From an uncultured Rhodospirillaceae bacterium (lineage in GTDB: Bacteria > Pseudomonadota > Alphaproteobacteria > GCA-2731375): a stretch of 64,000 nucleotides of DNA. The notes beneath the pieces are model-generated. The model did not search any database, had not been told where the DNA came from, and saw only the letters and a list, made by a program, of their open reading frames with translations. Each line of letters starts with the position of its first letter. Positions within the stretch are counted from its first letter, which is position 1. The position numbers and the translations under genes are program-made. The stretch lies in assembly GCA_964344935.1 (NCBI GenBank), contig CAYFPL010000008.1, positions 76,754-140,753 of the forward strand. Direction: 5' to 3'. This document shows, piece by piece, positions 1-10,942 of this stretch.

Positions 1-1198
1 GCCGTCCTTGCCGGCGCGGCCGCCCCAAGCGCCGTTGATCATATCCACCAGAATAAACGGCGCGGCACCGGTTTTCTCATAGCCGCCGATGCTGACCACT
101 GTGTTGCCCCCCTCCCCCGCTGCCATGACCCGCGCGGGGGCAAGGGGTGCCAGGGCACCCAGTACCGCATCCACCACGCGATAACCGGTCAGGGCGCGTG
201 CGGCAACGGCTGCTGGCATGGCCGGGTTCAGAATGGAACCTTCCGGCGCCGTAATCGTGACGCAGCGATAGATACCGGCGTTGTTGGGTATTTCCCGGCC
301 CAGGACGCAGCGGATACCCAGATAGGTGGATGATTTGGTATAGGACAGGGTGCAATTGATGGCACCTTTGACCTGTGCGCTGGAACCTTCGAAGTCCACA
401 GCCAAATGATCGCCCTGGACTTCGACGGCGCAGACGATCGGGATGGGCCCCTGGTCGAAGCCATCATCGTCGATATAGTCGGTGAAGGTGTAACGCCCAT
501 CTGGCCATTCACGGATAGCATTTCGGGTCAGCCGTTCGCCATAGTCCAACAGGGCATCGAAATAGTCTTGCAACTCCCTGGCGCCATATTTTTCGATCAG
601 GGCCACGAAAGCCTGTTCGCCGATGCCACAGGTGGCCAATTGCGCCTGCAGATCGCCGACCAGCATATCGGGCAGGCGCACATTGTTACGGATCATTGCG
701 TACAACGTCTGATCCGCCTTGCCCGCCGCATACAGCTTCAGGGGCGGTATGCGTATGCCTTCCTGGTAGATTTCCGTGGAATCGGACGCATTCGAACCCG
801 GCACCCGCCCGCCGACGTCTGAATGATGAGCGATGACCACGGCGAAACCCTGTAGTTCGCCACCGTGGAAGATGGGCTTGAACATGAAGATGTCTGGCAG
901 GTGCATGCCGCCGGCATAAGGATCGTTGAGGATGATGACGTCACCCTCCGCCAGATCACCGGCAAAGCGCTCCATAATAACTTCCATGGCATCCGGCACC
1001 GCGCCCAGATGCAGGGCCACGGTCTTGGCCTGGGCCAGGATGCGGCCCTTGGCATCGCAGATGGTGGCGGAATAATCCAGGACGTCGCGGACGATAGGCG
1101 AGCGGGCCGTGCGCATGACCGTGTAGGCCATGTCATCAACGATGGTATCGAGGCCGTTCTTGATCACGGCGAAGGTGACGGGATCGATGACGCTCATG
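1..1198 (-). CDS. hyuB: N-methylhydantoinase B / 5-oxoprolinase subunit B (HyuB family). Partial: the C-terminus runs off the window edge.
   Basis: ATG at 1198..1196 (minus) overlaps the hyuA stop as ATGA. A hand translation of the reverse complement gives MSVIDPVTFAVIKNGLDTIVDDMAYTVMRTARSPIVRDVLDYS...DPYAGGMHLPD...HHSDVGG with no stop codons to position 1. It is absent from the ORF track because it is open-ended. Confidence 0.85.
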
Positions 1199-3332
1199 GA
1201 TTGATCCCCTCTTCGGCAAGGTTTATGATTAGATTGCCGCGGCTGTCGCCCTCGATATGTGCCGCGGGCGGTACGGCGATGGTGCTATCCGGGCTTTCCA
1301 GGATCAGCGGCCCCCAAGCCCCGCCTTCGAAACCCAGCCGGTTCACGACTTTTGTTTCCGTCCAACCCATCTCGCGCGAAAAATAGACCTGTCGTGTTTG
1401 GCCTTCCTTCCTTTCCACGATCTGTTCCCGCAGCGACAGGGTTCGGAAGTCCAGCTTGTCGGCACGGCTGCCCCGGGCGAGAAGGCGCAGGTTCACCACT
1501 TCCACCGCGTCCACGGCAGCGTATTGGTAGAAATCGCGATAGGCCTGCAAAAACACCTTCTCTAGCGCGGACGAAGACACGTCATTCAAATTTTGAGGCA
1601 AGGGTATGGGAATTTCCGAATCCTGCCCTTCGAAGCGCATCTCTAATGTGAAGGCCAAGGTCATGTCGGTTGCCGATATACCTTCTTGCTCCAACGCTGC
1701 CTCGGCGCGTGCCTCCAATTCCCCGGCCGCCAGCTTTAATTCGCTCACTGAAAGATCCGACAGCAATCCCGGCATGGCGGCGAGGAAATGCCGTTCCACG
1801 TCACCCGTCAGCATGCCGAGCGCGGTGAAGACCCCGGGCATCATCGGCAGCATGACGCGGCGGATATCAAGACTGCGCGCCAGATCACAGGCATGCACGG
1901 GGCCGCTGCCACCGAAGGCGACCAGGGTGAAATCGCGGGCATCAATGCCCCGTTCCACGCTGACGGCGCGGATAGCCCGGGCCATATTGGCATTGGCTAC
2001 TGCTCGAACGCCAAAGGCCGCTTCCTCGATACTCAATCCCAAAGGCACGGCCAGTTCCTTTTCGATGGCCCGCCGCGCCAAATCGATGTCCAGGGCAAGG
2101 CTGCCACCGGCCAGTTCCCGTGGCAGATAGCCAAGTACTGCATTGGCATCACTGACGGTCGGTAAACTGCCGCCCAGGCCATAACAAGCGGGCCCGGGTA
2201 TCGCACCGGATGATTGCGGCCCCACATAGAGCAAACCGCCGTCGTCGATGCCGGCGATGGAGCCGCCGCCGCTGCCCACCTCGGCCACGTCGATGGTGGG
2301 CACCCGCATCATGTAACCGCCCGCCTTAATGAAACGGGCCGGGGTGGAGATGCCGGCGCGGAACTCGTACTCGTTGGCGCGGGAGATGACGCCGCCCCGG
2401 ACCAGCGAGGCGGAGGCCGTGGTGCCGCCCATGTCGAAGACCACGAGGTCCTCCATGCCTAAAGATCGACCCAACCTTGCGGCACCGGCAACACCGGCGG
2501 AGCGGCCGGAGGAGATGAAAAAGACCGGCTTTTCCTGCGCCGTCTTAGCCGCTGCCAGCCCGCCATTGGAATCGCTGACCAGCAACCGAGCATCGATATC
2601 CATGTCGCGCAGGCCGTCTTCCAGCCGGCGCAGATAACTTCGCAAAACCGGCAAGACATAGGCATTCACAACCGTGGTCGAGGTGCGTTCGTACTCGCGC
2701 ATTTCAGCCAGCACGGAGACGGAGGCGGTGATGGAGGTTTCAGGAAACCAGTCCCGAAGTAACATTTCAGCGCGGGCTTCGTGCGCCGGGTTGCGATAGC
2801 TGTTGATGAAACAGAGCGCAATGGAAACCACCTGCTCTTGCAAAAGCGACTCGGCGACCGTGCGAAGCTCATCCTCGTCCAGGGGCTTGACCACGGACCC
2901 GTCGGCAGCCATCCGTTCGGTGACCTCGCGGCGCAGGCGCCTTTGCACCAAGGGGGCGGGTTTGTCCCATTGCAGATCGAACATATCAGGCGTCCGCACC
3001 CGGCCGATCTCCAGAACGTCTCGGAACCCCTTTGTGGTGATCAATCCGGTGCGGGCGCCACGCTGCTGTAACAGGGTGTTGGAACCCACCGTGGTGCCGT
3101 GCAGGACTTCCCCCACATCACCTGGCGCATGACCGGCTGCTGAAAGTAATTCGCCAATGCCTGAGAGGACGGCCTGTTCCGGTTGCGCCGGCGTTGAAGG
3201 GCACTTGTGATACCAGGTTCTCCCTTCGCCATCACTCAGAACCAGATCGGTGAAAGTCCCACCAATGTCCACCCCGACCCGTACCCCAACCGTCATACGC
3301 CGCTCCGTCCGCTCACCACTTTGCGCCGTCAC
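1194..3332 (-). CDS. hyuA: N-methylhydantoinase A / oxoprolinase / acetone-carboxylase beta family (HyuA)
   Basis: The 712-aa ORF carries the ASKHA-type motif VGVDIGGTFTDLVL and hydantoinase-A-like sequence throughout. The probable true start is the internal M of MTVGVRVGVDIGG (~3296). Confidence 0.85.
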   Translation of the reverse strand: MTAQSGERTERRMTVGVRVGVDIGGTFTDLVLSDGEGRTWYHKCPSTPAQPEQAVLSGIGELLSAAGHAPGDVGEVLHGTTVGSNTLLQQRGARTGLITTKGFRDVLEIGRVRTPDMFDLQWDKPAPLVQRRLRREVTERMAADGSVVKPLDEDELRTVAESLLQEQVVSIALCFINSYRNPAHEARAEMLLRDWFPETSITASVSVLAEMREYERTSTTVVNAYVLPVLRSYLRRLEDGLRDMDIDARLLVSDSNGGLAAAKTAQEKPVFFISSGRSAGVAGAARLGRSLGMEDLVVFDMGGTTASASLVRGGVISRANEYEFRAGISTPARFIKAGGYMMRVPTIDVAEVGSGGGSIAGIDDGGLLYVGPQSSGAIPGPACYGLGGSLPTVSDANAVLGYLPRELAGGSLALDIDLARRAIEKELAVPLGLSIEEAAFGVRAVANANMARAIRAVSVERGIDARDFTLVAFGGSGPVHACDLARSLDIRRVMLPMMPGVFTALGMLTGDVERHFLAAMPGLLSDLSVSELKLAAGELEARAEAALEQEGISATDMTLAFTLEMRFEGQDSEIPIPLPQNLNDVSSSALEKVFLQAYRDFYQYAAVDAVEVVNLRLLARGSRADKLDFRTLSLREQIVERKEGQTRQVYFSREMGWTETKVVNRLGFEGGAWGPLILESPDSTIAVPPAAHIEGDSRGNLIINLAEEGINP

Positions 3333-3372
3333 GCTAGCAGGATTTGACCCCGAGGTCAGGGAACATGGTATG

Positions 3373-5730
3373 AATGATCAAAAGCATATGGGGGAGGAGT
3401 TAATCGCCATGACGTTTGCTGCCGACCGGCCGGCGGTGGGGCAATCCCTGCCCCGCACCCAAGATGAAAGTCTGCTGCGCGGCGAAGGCCGCTACACCGA
3501 CGATGTCAGCCTGCCGGGACAGGCCTACGCCCATATTCTGCGGTCGCCCATCGCCCATGGTGAGATCCGAGGTATCGGAACGGCGGCGGCTGCTAAAATG
3601 CCAGGTGTCTTGGCCGTCTACACAGGCGAAGACCTGAAGGCCGCCGGCTACGGCACCATTCCCTGTATCGTGCAGCTCAAGAACCGGGACGGCAGCGACC
3701 TCGTGAAGCCGGACAACCATGCCCTTGCCATCGGGCGGGTCCGTTACGTGGGGCATCCCGTGGCCGCCGTTATCGCGGAAACCGCTGCGCAGGCCCGGGA
3801 TGCGGCGGAAGCCATCGAACTGGATCTGGAGGCTTTGGAAGCGGTCAATAGCATCGAGGCGGCAGCGCGCCCCGGAGCACCGCAAATATGGCCGGAGGCA
3901 CCGGGCAACGTCTGCCTGGATTTCGAGAATGGTGATCAAAAGGCGGTCGACGAAGCATTCGCGCAGGCTGCCCACGTCAGCCGCCTCAAAATTGTCAACA
4001 ATCGCATCGTCATCGCGGCCATGGAGCCGCGCGCCGCTGTCGCCAGCTACGACGGCCGCTTCACATTGTATATCGGCTGCCAAGGACCGTTCGCCTCCAA
4101 AAACGTCATGGCCAACAGGATCCTGAACGTGCCGCCGGAGCAGGTGCGGGTGATTACGGGAAATGTCGGCGGTTCGTTCGGCATGCGATCGCCTGCCTAT
4201 CCTGAGTATATCGTCCTTCTGCATGCGACGAAGGATCTGGGCCGGCCGGTCAAATGGTGCGATGTGCGCAGCGATAGCTTCCTCTCGGACCAGCACGGCC
4301 GTGCCTCGGTGGTAGAGGCCGCCCTGGCTCTAGACGCCGAGGGTAACTTCCTTGCTGCCCGGGTCGACGGCATGGCCGATTTGGGCGCTGTGCTCAGTGC
4401 CGTGGGGCCACAGGTGCAGGTCAACAACATCTTCAAAAACCTGCCCAGCGTTTACAAGCTGCCGCTGATCGCCATCACCACGAAATGCTATTTCACCAAT
4501 ACATCGCCCATCGGTGCCTATCGCGGCGCCGGGCGGCCGGAGGTGAACTATTACATGGAGCGGCTGGTGGAGCAGGCAGCCCGGCAGATGGGCCGCGACC
4601 CTGTGGAATTGCGCCGGCAGAACCTGATCCCGGCGGCGGACATGCCCCACACCACCGCCTCCGGCCAGCTATACGACAGTGGTGATTTCCCCGGCGCATT
4701 GGACAAAGGCCTAAGCGTGGCCGATTGGGACGGCTATGGAGCCCGCCGGGCAGCCAGCGAAGCCGCGGGTAAACTGCGCGGGCGCGGTCTGTCCTGCTAT
4801 CTGGAGGCGACGGCGCCGTCAGGCAAGGAGATGGGCGGCATTAGTTTCGAAGAAGATGACACGGTCAGCCTGACCACCGGTACCTTGGATTACGGTCAGG
4901 GCCACGCCACGCCTTTCGCCCAAGTATTGGCCGATCAATTGGGCATTCCGTTCGAGAAGATCCGCCTGCGCCAGGGCGATACAGACCAACTGATTGTGGG
5001 CGGCGGCACCGGGGGCTCGCGCTCTATCATGGCCAGCGGCACGGCGGCGGTGCTGGCCAGCGCCGAGGTGAAGGAAAAGGCCCGGCACCTGGCAGCGGAC
5101 AAGTTGGAAGCGGCGGTGGACGATATTGAGTTCGATGCCGGCACGCTACGGGTCGCCGGTACCGATCGCAGCATCAACCTATTGGAACTGGCGCAAAGCC
5201 CGGAGGGACGCGAGGGTGCGTTGGATGCTGCCCTGGCCATTGATACCCCGCCATCCACCTACCCCAACGGCGTGCATGTCTGCGAGGTGGAGATCGATCC
5301 GGAGACCGGTACCGTTAGCGTAGACAGGTATACCGCCGTCGATGATTTCGGCGTCATGGTTAATCCGCCCATCGTCGCCGGCCAGGTCCATGGTGGCGTG
5401 GCTCAGGGCATCGGCCAGGCATTGATGGAACAGACTGTGTATGACGGCGACGGGCAATTGCTCTCGGGCTCGTTCATGGACTACGCCATGCCCCGGGCGG
5501 ATCAGATTCCGTTCATCAGCTTCGATGAACACCCTTCGCCCGCCACTTCCAATCCCTTGGGCGTGAAAGGCTGCGGAGAAGCGGGTTGTTCCGGTTCCCT
5601 GCCAGCGGTGATGAACGCCATCGTCGATGCCCTGGCTCCGTATGGCGTCGAGCATATCGACATGCCGGCAACACCGGAAAAGATCTGGCGGGCAATTAAT
5701 GGTGATAGCACTTGCGGCCCGGTCGATTAG
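3373..5730 (+). CDS. Molybdopterin-binding large subunit of the xanthine dehydrogenase / CO dehydrogenase (CoxL) family
   Basis: The N-terminus [24 protein letters not shown]...[20 protein letters not shown] matches the aldehyde oxidase/XDH a/b-hammerhead and MoCo-binding domain organisation over ~786 aa. The track ORF begins at 3250; the likely start is the M of [11 protein letters not shown]. Confidence 0.8.
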   Translation, partial: NDQKHMGEELIAMTFAADRPAVGQSLPRTQDESLLRGEGRYTDDVSLPGQAYAHILRSPIAHGEIRGIGTAAAAKMPGVLAVYTGEDLKAAGYGTIPCIVQLKNRDGSDLVKPDNHALAIGRVRYVGHPVAAVIAETAAQARDAAEAIELDLEALEAVNSIEAAARPGAPQIWPEAPGNVCLDFENGDQKAVDEAFAQAAHVSRLKIVNNRIVIAAMEPRAAVASYDGRFTLYIGCQGPFASKNVMANRILNVPPEQVRVITGNVGGSFGMRSPAYPEYIVLLHATKDLGRPVKWCDVRSDSFLSDQHGRASVVEAALALDAEGNFLAARVDGMADLGAVLSAVGPQVQVNNIFKNLPSVYKLPLIAITTKCYFTNTSPIGAYRGAGRPEVNYYMERLVEQAARQMGRDPVELRRQNLIPAADMPHTTASGQLYDSGDFPGALDKGLSVADWDGYGARRAASEAAGKLRGRGLSCYLEATAPSGKEMGGISFEEDDTVSLTTGTLDYGQGHATPFAQVLADQLGIPFEKIRLRQGDTDQLIVGGGTGGSRSIMASGTAAVLASAEVKEKARHLAADKLEAAVDDIEFDAGTLRVAGTDRSINLLELAQSPEGREGALDAALAIDTPPSTYPNGVHVCEVEIDPETGTVSVDRYTAVDDFGVMVNPPIVAGQVHGGVAQGIGQALMEQTVYDGDGQLLSGSFMDYAMPRADQIPFISFDEHPSPATSNPLGVKGCGEAGCSGSLPAVMNAIVDALAPYGVEHIDMPATPEKIWRAINGDSTCGPVD

Positions 5731-7166
5731 TTTCCGGCAGTATTAGCCAGCATTGACGTGACGTCGTCTTCGACGACGGTCCCTTTGAAGAAATCCGGGT
5801 TCATGCCGGTATGCATACGGGCGACGTTGGCAAAAGTGAAATCGCGGAAATCGTCGGCATCCATAAAACCGTCGTCGACCATTTCATAAGCTTCCACCAT
5901 GACCTTGGTCATGTCCGGTACATCCCAATGGCCGATATCAGATCCGAGGACGGCGTTCATCTTGGCCGCGCGATGGTTCAGCTTGCTGTCGAAGGCGACG
6001 GCGGTCATGCGGTCGTCCGCCTCCGATCCGAAATAGAAGTTGTTATCGAAAATACGGCGAATATCCGCGCCGCCATTGACCCCTGTGCCGACGAAATCGT
6101 CCAGTTCCTCGGGCGGGGCAAACAGTTGCGCCGTACTCGGCTGGTGGGGCTCGGCCAGAATGCGTTCGGCGGTCAGGCGCTCATCGCCATACTTTTCGGC
6201 CATTTCCACCAGCAGATCGATGTCCAATTTGGCCGGGTCGAGATTTCGCGACAGAGCGTCGAGATTCCGCTTCTCCCAGTATTCGAACAAGCTGTTGTAG
6301 AGCTGGCTGGCCCAGCCGGCGCCGCCTTCGAGGAAGCAGAACTTCAGGTCCGGAAACCGCTCTGGCACGCCACCGAAAAACAGGGATCGGCAAAAGAACT
6401 CTCCGCCGTGGCCGAAACTGTTCAACGAGTTGTAGCAATAGTTCCGGGGTGAGCCGTGTGTCGTACCCCGGCCGCGATAGGCATTGTGACAACTGGGAAC
6501 GACACCCAATTCGACGCATTTCGCCCAGACCGGATCGTAGGTATCGCCCACGTCGATGCCTGGCGAATACATCTCCATACCGTATTGCGCCAGGTGGGGC
6601 GCCTCGGCCTGGACTTCCCGGATCGGCCGGTAGAGCATTGTGTTGATGACGATCGCCTTCAGGCCGAGCTCGCCGACCGCGAATTCGAGCTCGGCGATCG
6701 CTTCGTCGGGTTTCGTCATGGGGATCAGAGCGGCGGGCGTCAGGCGGTCGGAAACCTCCTTGAACATATCGGCATACAGCATGTTCATGGCGCGAAAGAC
6801 CACGGCGCGCAGTTCGTCGTCATCAAGGCGCAACACGGCCAACGCTTGGGTCCCATACACCACGCCGAAGTCGATGCCGGCTTCATCGAGGCGGGCATGA
6901 TAGAGCTTGGGCAGCATCGCCGTCGCGCGGTCGATGGATCCCGGACCGGAATTTCCGACCCAAACTGCCCGTCGCCCAGGGCCCGTGGGATCGGCTTTCA
7001 GCATGGCTTCGTAGCGGCGTGCCAAATCGCCACCACCCACCTGATGGACAAAGTCCAACACCGCGAAAGTGCATTCGATCATATGACCATCCGCATCCAC
7101 AACCGGGTGCTTCAGCTTGGTGCGGATGTCGGCGCCGCTAAGGCCGTTGCTGGTCTGGCTCGTCAT
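5727..7166 (-). CDS. Amidohydrolase-2 family protein (metal-dependent TIM-barrel hydrolase/decarboxylase-like)
   Basis: Contains VVDADGHMIE near the N-terminus and GSDIGHWDVPD near the C-terminus, typical of the PF04909 family (ACMSD/LigW-like). The track ORF is 5727..7220; the exact start is uncertain between 7166 and 7220. Confidence 0.6.
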   Translation of the reverse strand: MTSQTSNGLSGADIRTKLKHPVVDADGHMIECTFAVLDFVHQVGGGDLARRYEAMLKADPTGPGRRAVWVGNSGPGSIDRATAMLPKLYHARLDEAGIDFGVVYGTQALAVLRLDDDELRAVVFRAMNMLYADMFKEVSDRLTPAALIPMTKPDEAIAELEFAVGELGLKAIVINTMLYRPIREVQAEAPHLAQYGMEMYSPGIDVGDTYDPVWAKCVELGVVPSCHNAYRGRGTTHGSPRNYCYNSLNSFGHGGEFFCRSLFFGGVPERFPDLKFCFLEGGAGWASQLYNSLFEYWEKRNLDALSRNLDPAKLDIDLLVEMAEKYGDERLTAERILAEPHQPSTAQLFAPPEELDDFVGTGVNGGADIRRIFDNNFYFGSEADDRMTAVAFDSKLNHRAAKMNAVLGSDIGHWDVPDMTKVMVEAYEMVDDGFMDADDFRDFTFANVARMHTGMNPDFFKGTVVEDDVTSMLANTAGN

Positions 7167-7194
7167 TCCATGCCCTCCAATACTTCGAAACTTG

Positions 7195-8526
7195 TCATTC
7201 TGGACCTGCGCCAGGGTCAATTACCGCGCCGCTTCGGCGAACCTTGCGGTCATCACGCCAGCGCACCGGCTTATAGATACCGTGGGCATCGGGGATTTCC
7301 CGATCGATCAAGACTGTCGGACGGATGAGTGTTGCGGTGCGCACGGACTCTTCGATGTCACGGCAGATTTGCGGCTCGGCTTCCAGCGCGGCTTCTGTAG
7401 CAATGCTGAGAACCAATTGGTCCGCACCGTCGTCGTCACAAGTCGCAAGAGCGCGAAATTCGCGCACCAGGGGATGCGCCAGGACAGTCCGATCGACGAT
7501 GCTGGGCCAAAGATTCATGCCGCGGATTTTCAGCATGGAGTCGGTGCGGGCCACGCTTCCCGGACGATAGCCTGGCCGCGGGTCGCCACAGGGGCAGGTG
7601 CCCGCCGGCACGAGTTCGACCTGGTCGCGCAGGTTAAAGCGGAAAACCGGGTTGGCCTGTCGAAACGTCGTCGAGATCACGACTGCGGCCGTACCTTCCT
7701 CGACCGGCACACCGGTTTCTACATCAAGCAGCTCGATATAGAGGTGTTCGTCGTGGAAATGTACACTGCCGCCATCCACGCCCAGTCGGCATGTGGTGGC
7801 GATCTTGGCGGCCGCCTGAGTACAGCCATAGACCTCGAACAAGGGAGCGCCAAACACCTCCCTTGCGACAGAGATCAATTGCGGTGACGCACCCACACAC
7901 TGCACCCCCTTGAGGTGACCTTGCCAGGTCTGTTCCAGCCCCCGGGCCCGGACGCTGCTGCCCAGTTGCAAGAGGAAGCTTTCCGTTCCGTAGAGATATG
8001 CAGCGCGGTGTTCAGTGATCAAATCGATGATCATGTCCTTCGACGCAACGCCGGTGACAAGGGGAACCAGCCCATGAAGCCGGGCGCCCTCAAATGCGGA
8101 GAGACCAGCGCACAGAAACGAAATGGGGATCGTGAAGACGGCGACGTCACCCCGTTCTAGTCCGATGGCCTGGTACTGATCGCGCCATGACAGGCCCATA
8201 ACCTCCACATCAGAGGCGGTGACAGCGTATCGTTCCTGGCCAATGCCAGATGTGCCGCTGGTCAAATGCACCTGCGCTATGTCGACAGGATCAATACCGA
8301 GATTGCCGCCCCAGGGCGGACTGGCCTGTTGCGCGGCCAGCAGATCCTCCTTGTGCACAAAGGGCAATCGGTGCAGTTCGTCCGGTGTCCTGGGTACCCA
8401 GTTGTCGGCGACACCATGATCGAGCCAGTGTTGCCTGTGAAAGGAACTGACCTGCCACGCCCTTTCGATCGCACTCTGCAAGCGAACGAATGAGCTGTCG
8501 GGATTATGGCTGATCTGCGTGCCCAT
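7195..8526 (-). CDS. Phenylacetate-CoA ligase-like (PaaK / coenzyme F390 synthetase family) adenylate-forming enzyme
   Basis: HLTSGTSGIGQERYAV is a P-loop-like AMP-binding motif. Length (~443 aa) and overall similarity fit PaaK-type ligases. The probable start MGTQISHNPDSS lies 5 nt after the upstream gene's stop. Confidence 0.65.
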   Translation of the reverse strand: MGTQISHNPDSSFVRLQSAIERAWQVSSFHRQHWLDHGVADNWVPRTPDELHRLPFVHKEDLLAAQQASPPWGGNLGIDPVDIAQVHLTSGTSGIGQERYAVTASDVEVMGLSWRDQYQAIGLERGDVAVFTIPISFLCAGLSAFEGARLHGLVPLVTGVASKDMIIDLITEHRAAYLYGTESFLLQLGSSVRARGLEQTWQGHLKGVQCVGASPQLISVAREVFGAPLFEVYGCTQAAAKIATTCRLGVDGGSVHFHDEHLYIELLDVETGVPVEEGTAAVVISTTFRQANPVFRFNLRDQVELVPAGTCPCGDPRPGYRPGSVARTDSMLKIRGMNLWPSIVDRTVLAHPLVREFRALATCDDDGADQLVLSIATEAALEAEPQICRDIEESVRTATLIRPTVLIDREIPDAHGIYKPVRWRDDRKVRRSGAVIDPGAGPE

Positions 8527-8533
8527 GCTCAAA

Positions 8534-9340
8534 TCATTGCCTTCCGACAGGGCTGGCGCGGCCCGAGGCGCGAACGCATCCCGTTCCGACCAATTCGAAC
8601 CGCAGGCCGTCATCATCATCGGATGTGTACAATTGCAGGTGTTCGCCCGGATAACTCGCGGCGCGGAAACGAAGCTCGAAATTGCCGAGTGGTTCTCCGA
8701 AAGCGGCCTGCAGCGTTGCTTCAATCAACGGCGCCAGCAAAGTCCCCGGAACGACGACATTGGGAAACTGGCGCCCTCGAGCGTAATCCGGATCCAGGTG
8801 CAGGGGATTGAGGTCGCCGGTCTCGACCGTCATCCAGGCGATTTGCAGCGGCGTGCAAGGCCCAATGTCGGCAAGCTGTCTCATTTCCGGATCGGCAGGC
8901 GGACCGTCAATTGGCGGCCGTGACGGCCCCGGCGGCAAGTCGACCATGCGCACCGTCTCGACGACCGCCGTGTCCCCACTTGCGTTCATATAGTTTGTAC
9001 GCAGCGTGGTGATGGCGATTTGACCGGCTGGAGATTTCGCGGTTTCACGCCCGGTGATGCTTGCACTTGCGACCAGCCGGTCGCCGACACTGACACCAGC
9101 CTTGGCATCGTAGCGGACGCCGCCAAATAGCCCCCGGTCGGGATCACGGCCCAAGGCGGCATGGATGGAAATGCAAGCCGCGGGCTGGACCCGAAGAAAA
9201 AACAGGTACGACAAGGGCACGGCATTACCGATCGCCGGCATGTTCGGTGGCAAAGCACCGTCGCGCGCCGTCAGCCAGCGGGCCACCGACACCGGCGTTA
9301 CATCGATTTCATAGTCAGGCAATTGGCCCATCGCATCCAT
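8534..9340 (-). CDS. Double hot-dog fold (MaoC-like) dehydratase
   Basis: The C-terminal half carries LNPLHLDPDYARGRQFPNVVVPGTLL, a MaoC dehydratase signature. The N-terminal half is a second hotdog-like domain. It abuts the tetR stop and the ligase start. Confidence 0.6.
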   Translation of the reverse strand: MDAMGQLPDYEIDVTPVSVARWLTARDGALPPNMPAIGNAVPLSYLFFLRVQPAACISIHAALGRDPDRGLFGGVRYDAKAGVSVGDRLVASASITGRETAKSPAGQIAITTLRTNYMNASGDTAVVETVRMVDLPPGPSRPPIDGPPADPEMRQLADIGPCTPLQIAWMTVETGDLNPLHLDPDYARGRQFPNVVVPGTLLAPLIEATLQAAFGEPLGNFELRFRAASYPGEHLQLYTSDDDDGLRFELVGTGCVRASGRASPVGRQ

Positions 9341-9343
9341 GGG

Positions 9344-9964
9344 CTATTGCTCCCCCTGCTCCAAACTGGCGCCTAGGCCGGCGGCAACAAAGCGCCAAAC
9401 CTCGTCAATGACTTCCGCGCGGCTGAGATTTCCCCTCGGTTGATACCAACGTAAGGCGCCGTTGACCACGTCGAGTAACATGCGCGTCGCAATGGTTTCA
9501 GATTGATGGCGTAGGACGCCGGCCGCCATACCGCGCCTGATCACCTTTCGAACCACGCCAGCATAGGCCTTTTCCCGATCGGCAATCTCCTCTAGTCCCG
9601 CATCACGGATATTCCGCCGTTGAAAGATCAGCGTGCCGTATTCGTGGGGGTGATTAAGCAAGGTCTCGCATTGCACCCGGACGAGCTGTTCGAGAGCGGC
9701 CAACGGCGGCAGCGTATCGATCGAAGGGTCCTGGCTTGCGGCCCTCAGCTGGGCAGCCGCATCGATAATAACCCGCTCGAGCAATTCCTCTTTCGAGCCC
9801 ACATAGTGATACAGCGAGCCCTTGTTGATGCCCATTGCGGCAGCGATATCGGCGACGGACGTGGCATGATAGCCCTTGGTGTTGAACAGCCGCGCCGCAA
9901 CGGCAAGCAACTCTTTCAGACGCTGCGGTTCCGTGCGCGGCGCATCTGCCAGTCTTGTATTCAT
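9344..9964 (-). CDS. TetR/AcrR family transcriptional regulator
   Basis: N-terminal HTH LFNTKGYHATSVADIAAAMGINKGSLYHYVGSKEELL. The track ORF extends to 10006; the likely start is MNTRLADAP. Confidence 0.85.
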   Translation of the reverse strand: MNTRLADAPRTEPQRLKELLAVAARLFNTKGYHATSVADIAAAMGINKGSLYHYVGSKEELLERVIIDAAAQLRAASQDPSIDTLPPLAALEQLVRVQCETLLNHPHEYGTLIFQRRNIRDAGLEEIADREKAYAGVVRKVIRRGMAAGVLRHQSETIATRMLLDVVNGALRWYQPRGNLSRAEVIDEVWRFVAAGLGASLEQGEQ

Positions 9965-10075
9965 TCTGACGTCTTGTCGGCGAAGATGGCCAGTGCGCCG
10001 AAACAATTCATATCAGCTATGCCCATCACGGCTCCCCATATCGTCGGTCCCGCCCTTGCCCCCAAGCGGTTCACA

Positions 10076-10942
10076 TTACATGTACCGGCGGTTGCTTACA
10101 TCGTCAGGCACCGTAAGCCCCAACGCCTGCAGTTGCGGCCTGGTATCAGCAATGAATGCCGTACGCAGTTGCTCATTCGTGTGTTTCTTTAGGCCCCAGG
10201 CCCTATAGCGCCGGTTTCGCGTCGAATCCGATCGGCCGAACATGTCCAACGACATGGGCCACCATTCCACAAGCAACTCGTTGGCGCGATCGTAGTTCTC
10301 TGAGTCCCGCTGCAGCGCCTCGCGAAGATGGCGGAGCCCCATGCCCGCGTGACCGCGTTCTTCACGCAGGACTTTCGGCGACACTTGAGCAAGCGGTGCG
10401 TAGCTGGATTCCTGCCACTCGCTCTCCTGAAGAACGCCGACCTTGGACGCGAGATAATGATGGATGGCTAACTCCAGCCAGGAACGGCGTGGATGTTCGA
10501 ACAGGTATTGTCGCAGTTCATACTTTTCAATGTCGGGGGCCAGACCCCGTAGCAGTTTGGCAAATATGTGCCCGTGATTGAGTTCCTCGTAATGAAACCG
10601 CGCCATCATCATCAGGTCCAGTTTGGTCGGCGCTTGTTCCCGGGCCAACTGCCACTGGCTCTCGATCATGTCGCAATAAGGCTGGGAGTCGATGTTTTCT
10701 GCGTGATTGTAAATCAGGTGGATCAACAGTTCCCGATACTCCTCGGGCAATTCGTCTTTCTCATTGAATTGCCGGGGACCGGCCAGGATCTCCACATCGT
10801 TCGGTGGGTCCTCGATCTTGGTCTTGATGGCCTGTAGTGGTGGTAGTTCATCGATCCGGACGGCCGTTGAGAGATCTTCCATCCCCAATTCCCCCAATTC
10901 CCATTGTAGTTTGTGTACATGATACATGCCTAAACCAAACAA
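10076..10942 (-). CDS. Ferritin-like diiron oxygenase subunit related to 1,2-phenylacetyl-CoA epoxidase subunit A (PaaA-like)
   Basis: WWPMSLDMFGRSDSTRNRRYRAWGLKKHTNEQLRTAFIADTRPQLQALGLTVPD aligns with E. coli PaaA [53 protein letters not shown] (from memory). EELNHGH is a diiron-ligand-like motif. Confidence 0.6.
   Translation of the reverse strand: MFGLGMYHVHKLQWELGELGMEDLSTAVRIDELPPLQAIKTKIEDPPNDVEILAGPRQFNEKDELPEEYRELLIHLIYNHAENIDSQPYCDMIESQWQLAREQAPTKLDLMMMARFHYEELNHGHIFAKLLRGLAPDIEKYELRQYLFEHPRRSWLELAIHHYLASKVGVLQESEWQESSYAPLAQVSPKVLREERGHAGMGLRHLREALQRDSENYDRANELLVEWWPMSLDMFGRSDSTRNRRYRAWGLKKHTNEQLRTAFIADTRPQLQALGLTVPDDVSNRRYM

Noticed and set aside
3400-4296. 298-aa ORF on the minus strand, wholly inside the CoxL/XDH-like gene
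   Set aside because: It lies antisense within a well-supported long CDS. High-GC genomes generate long spurious antisense ORFs, and this one has no recognisable motif.
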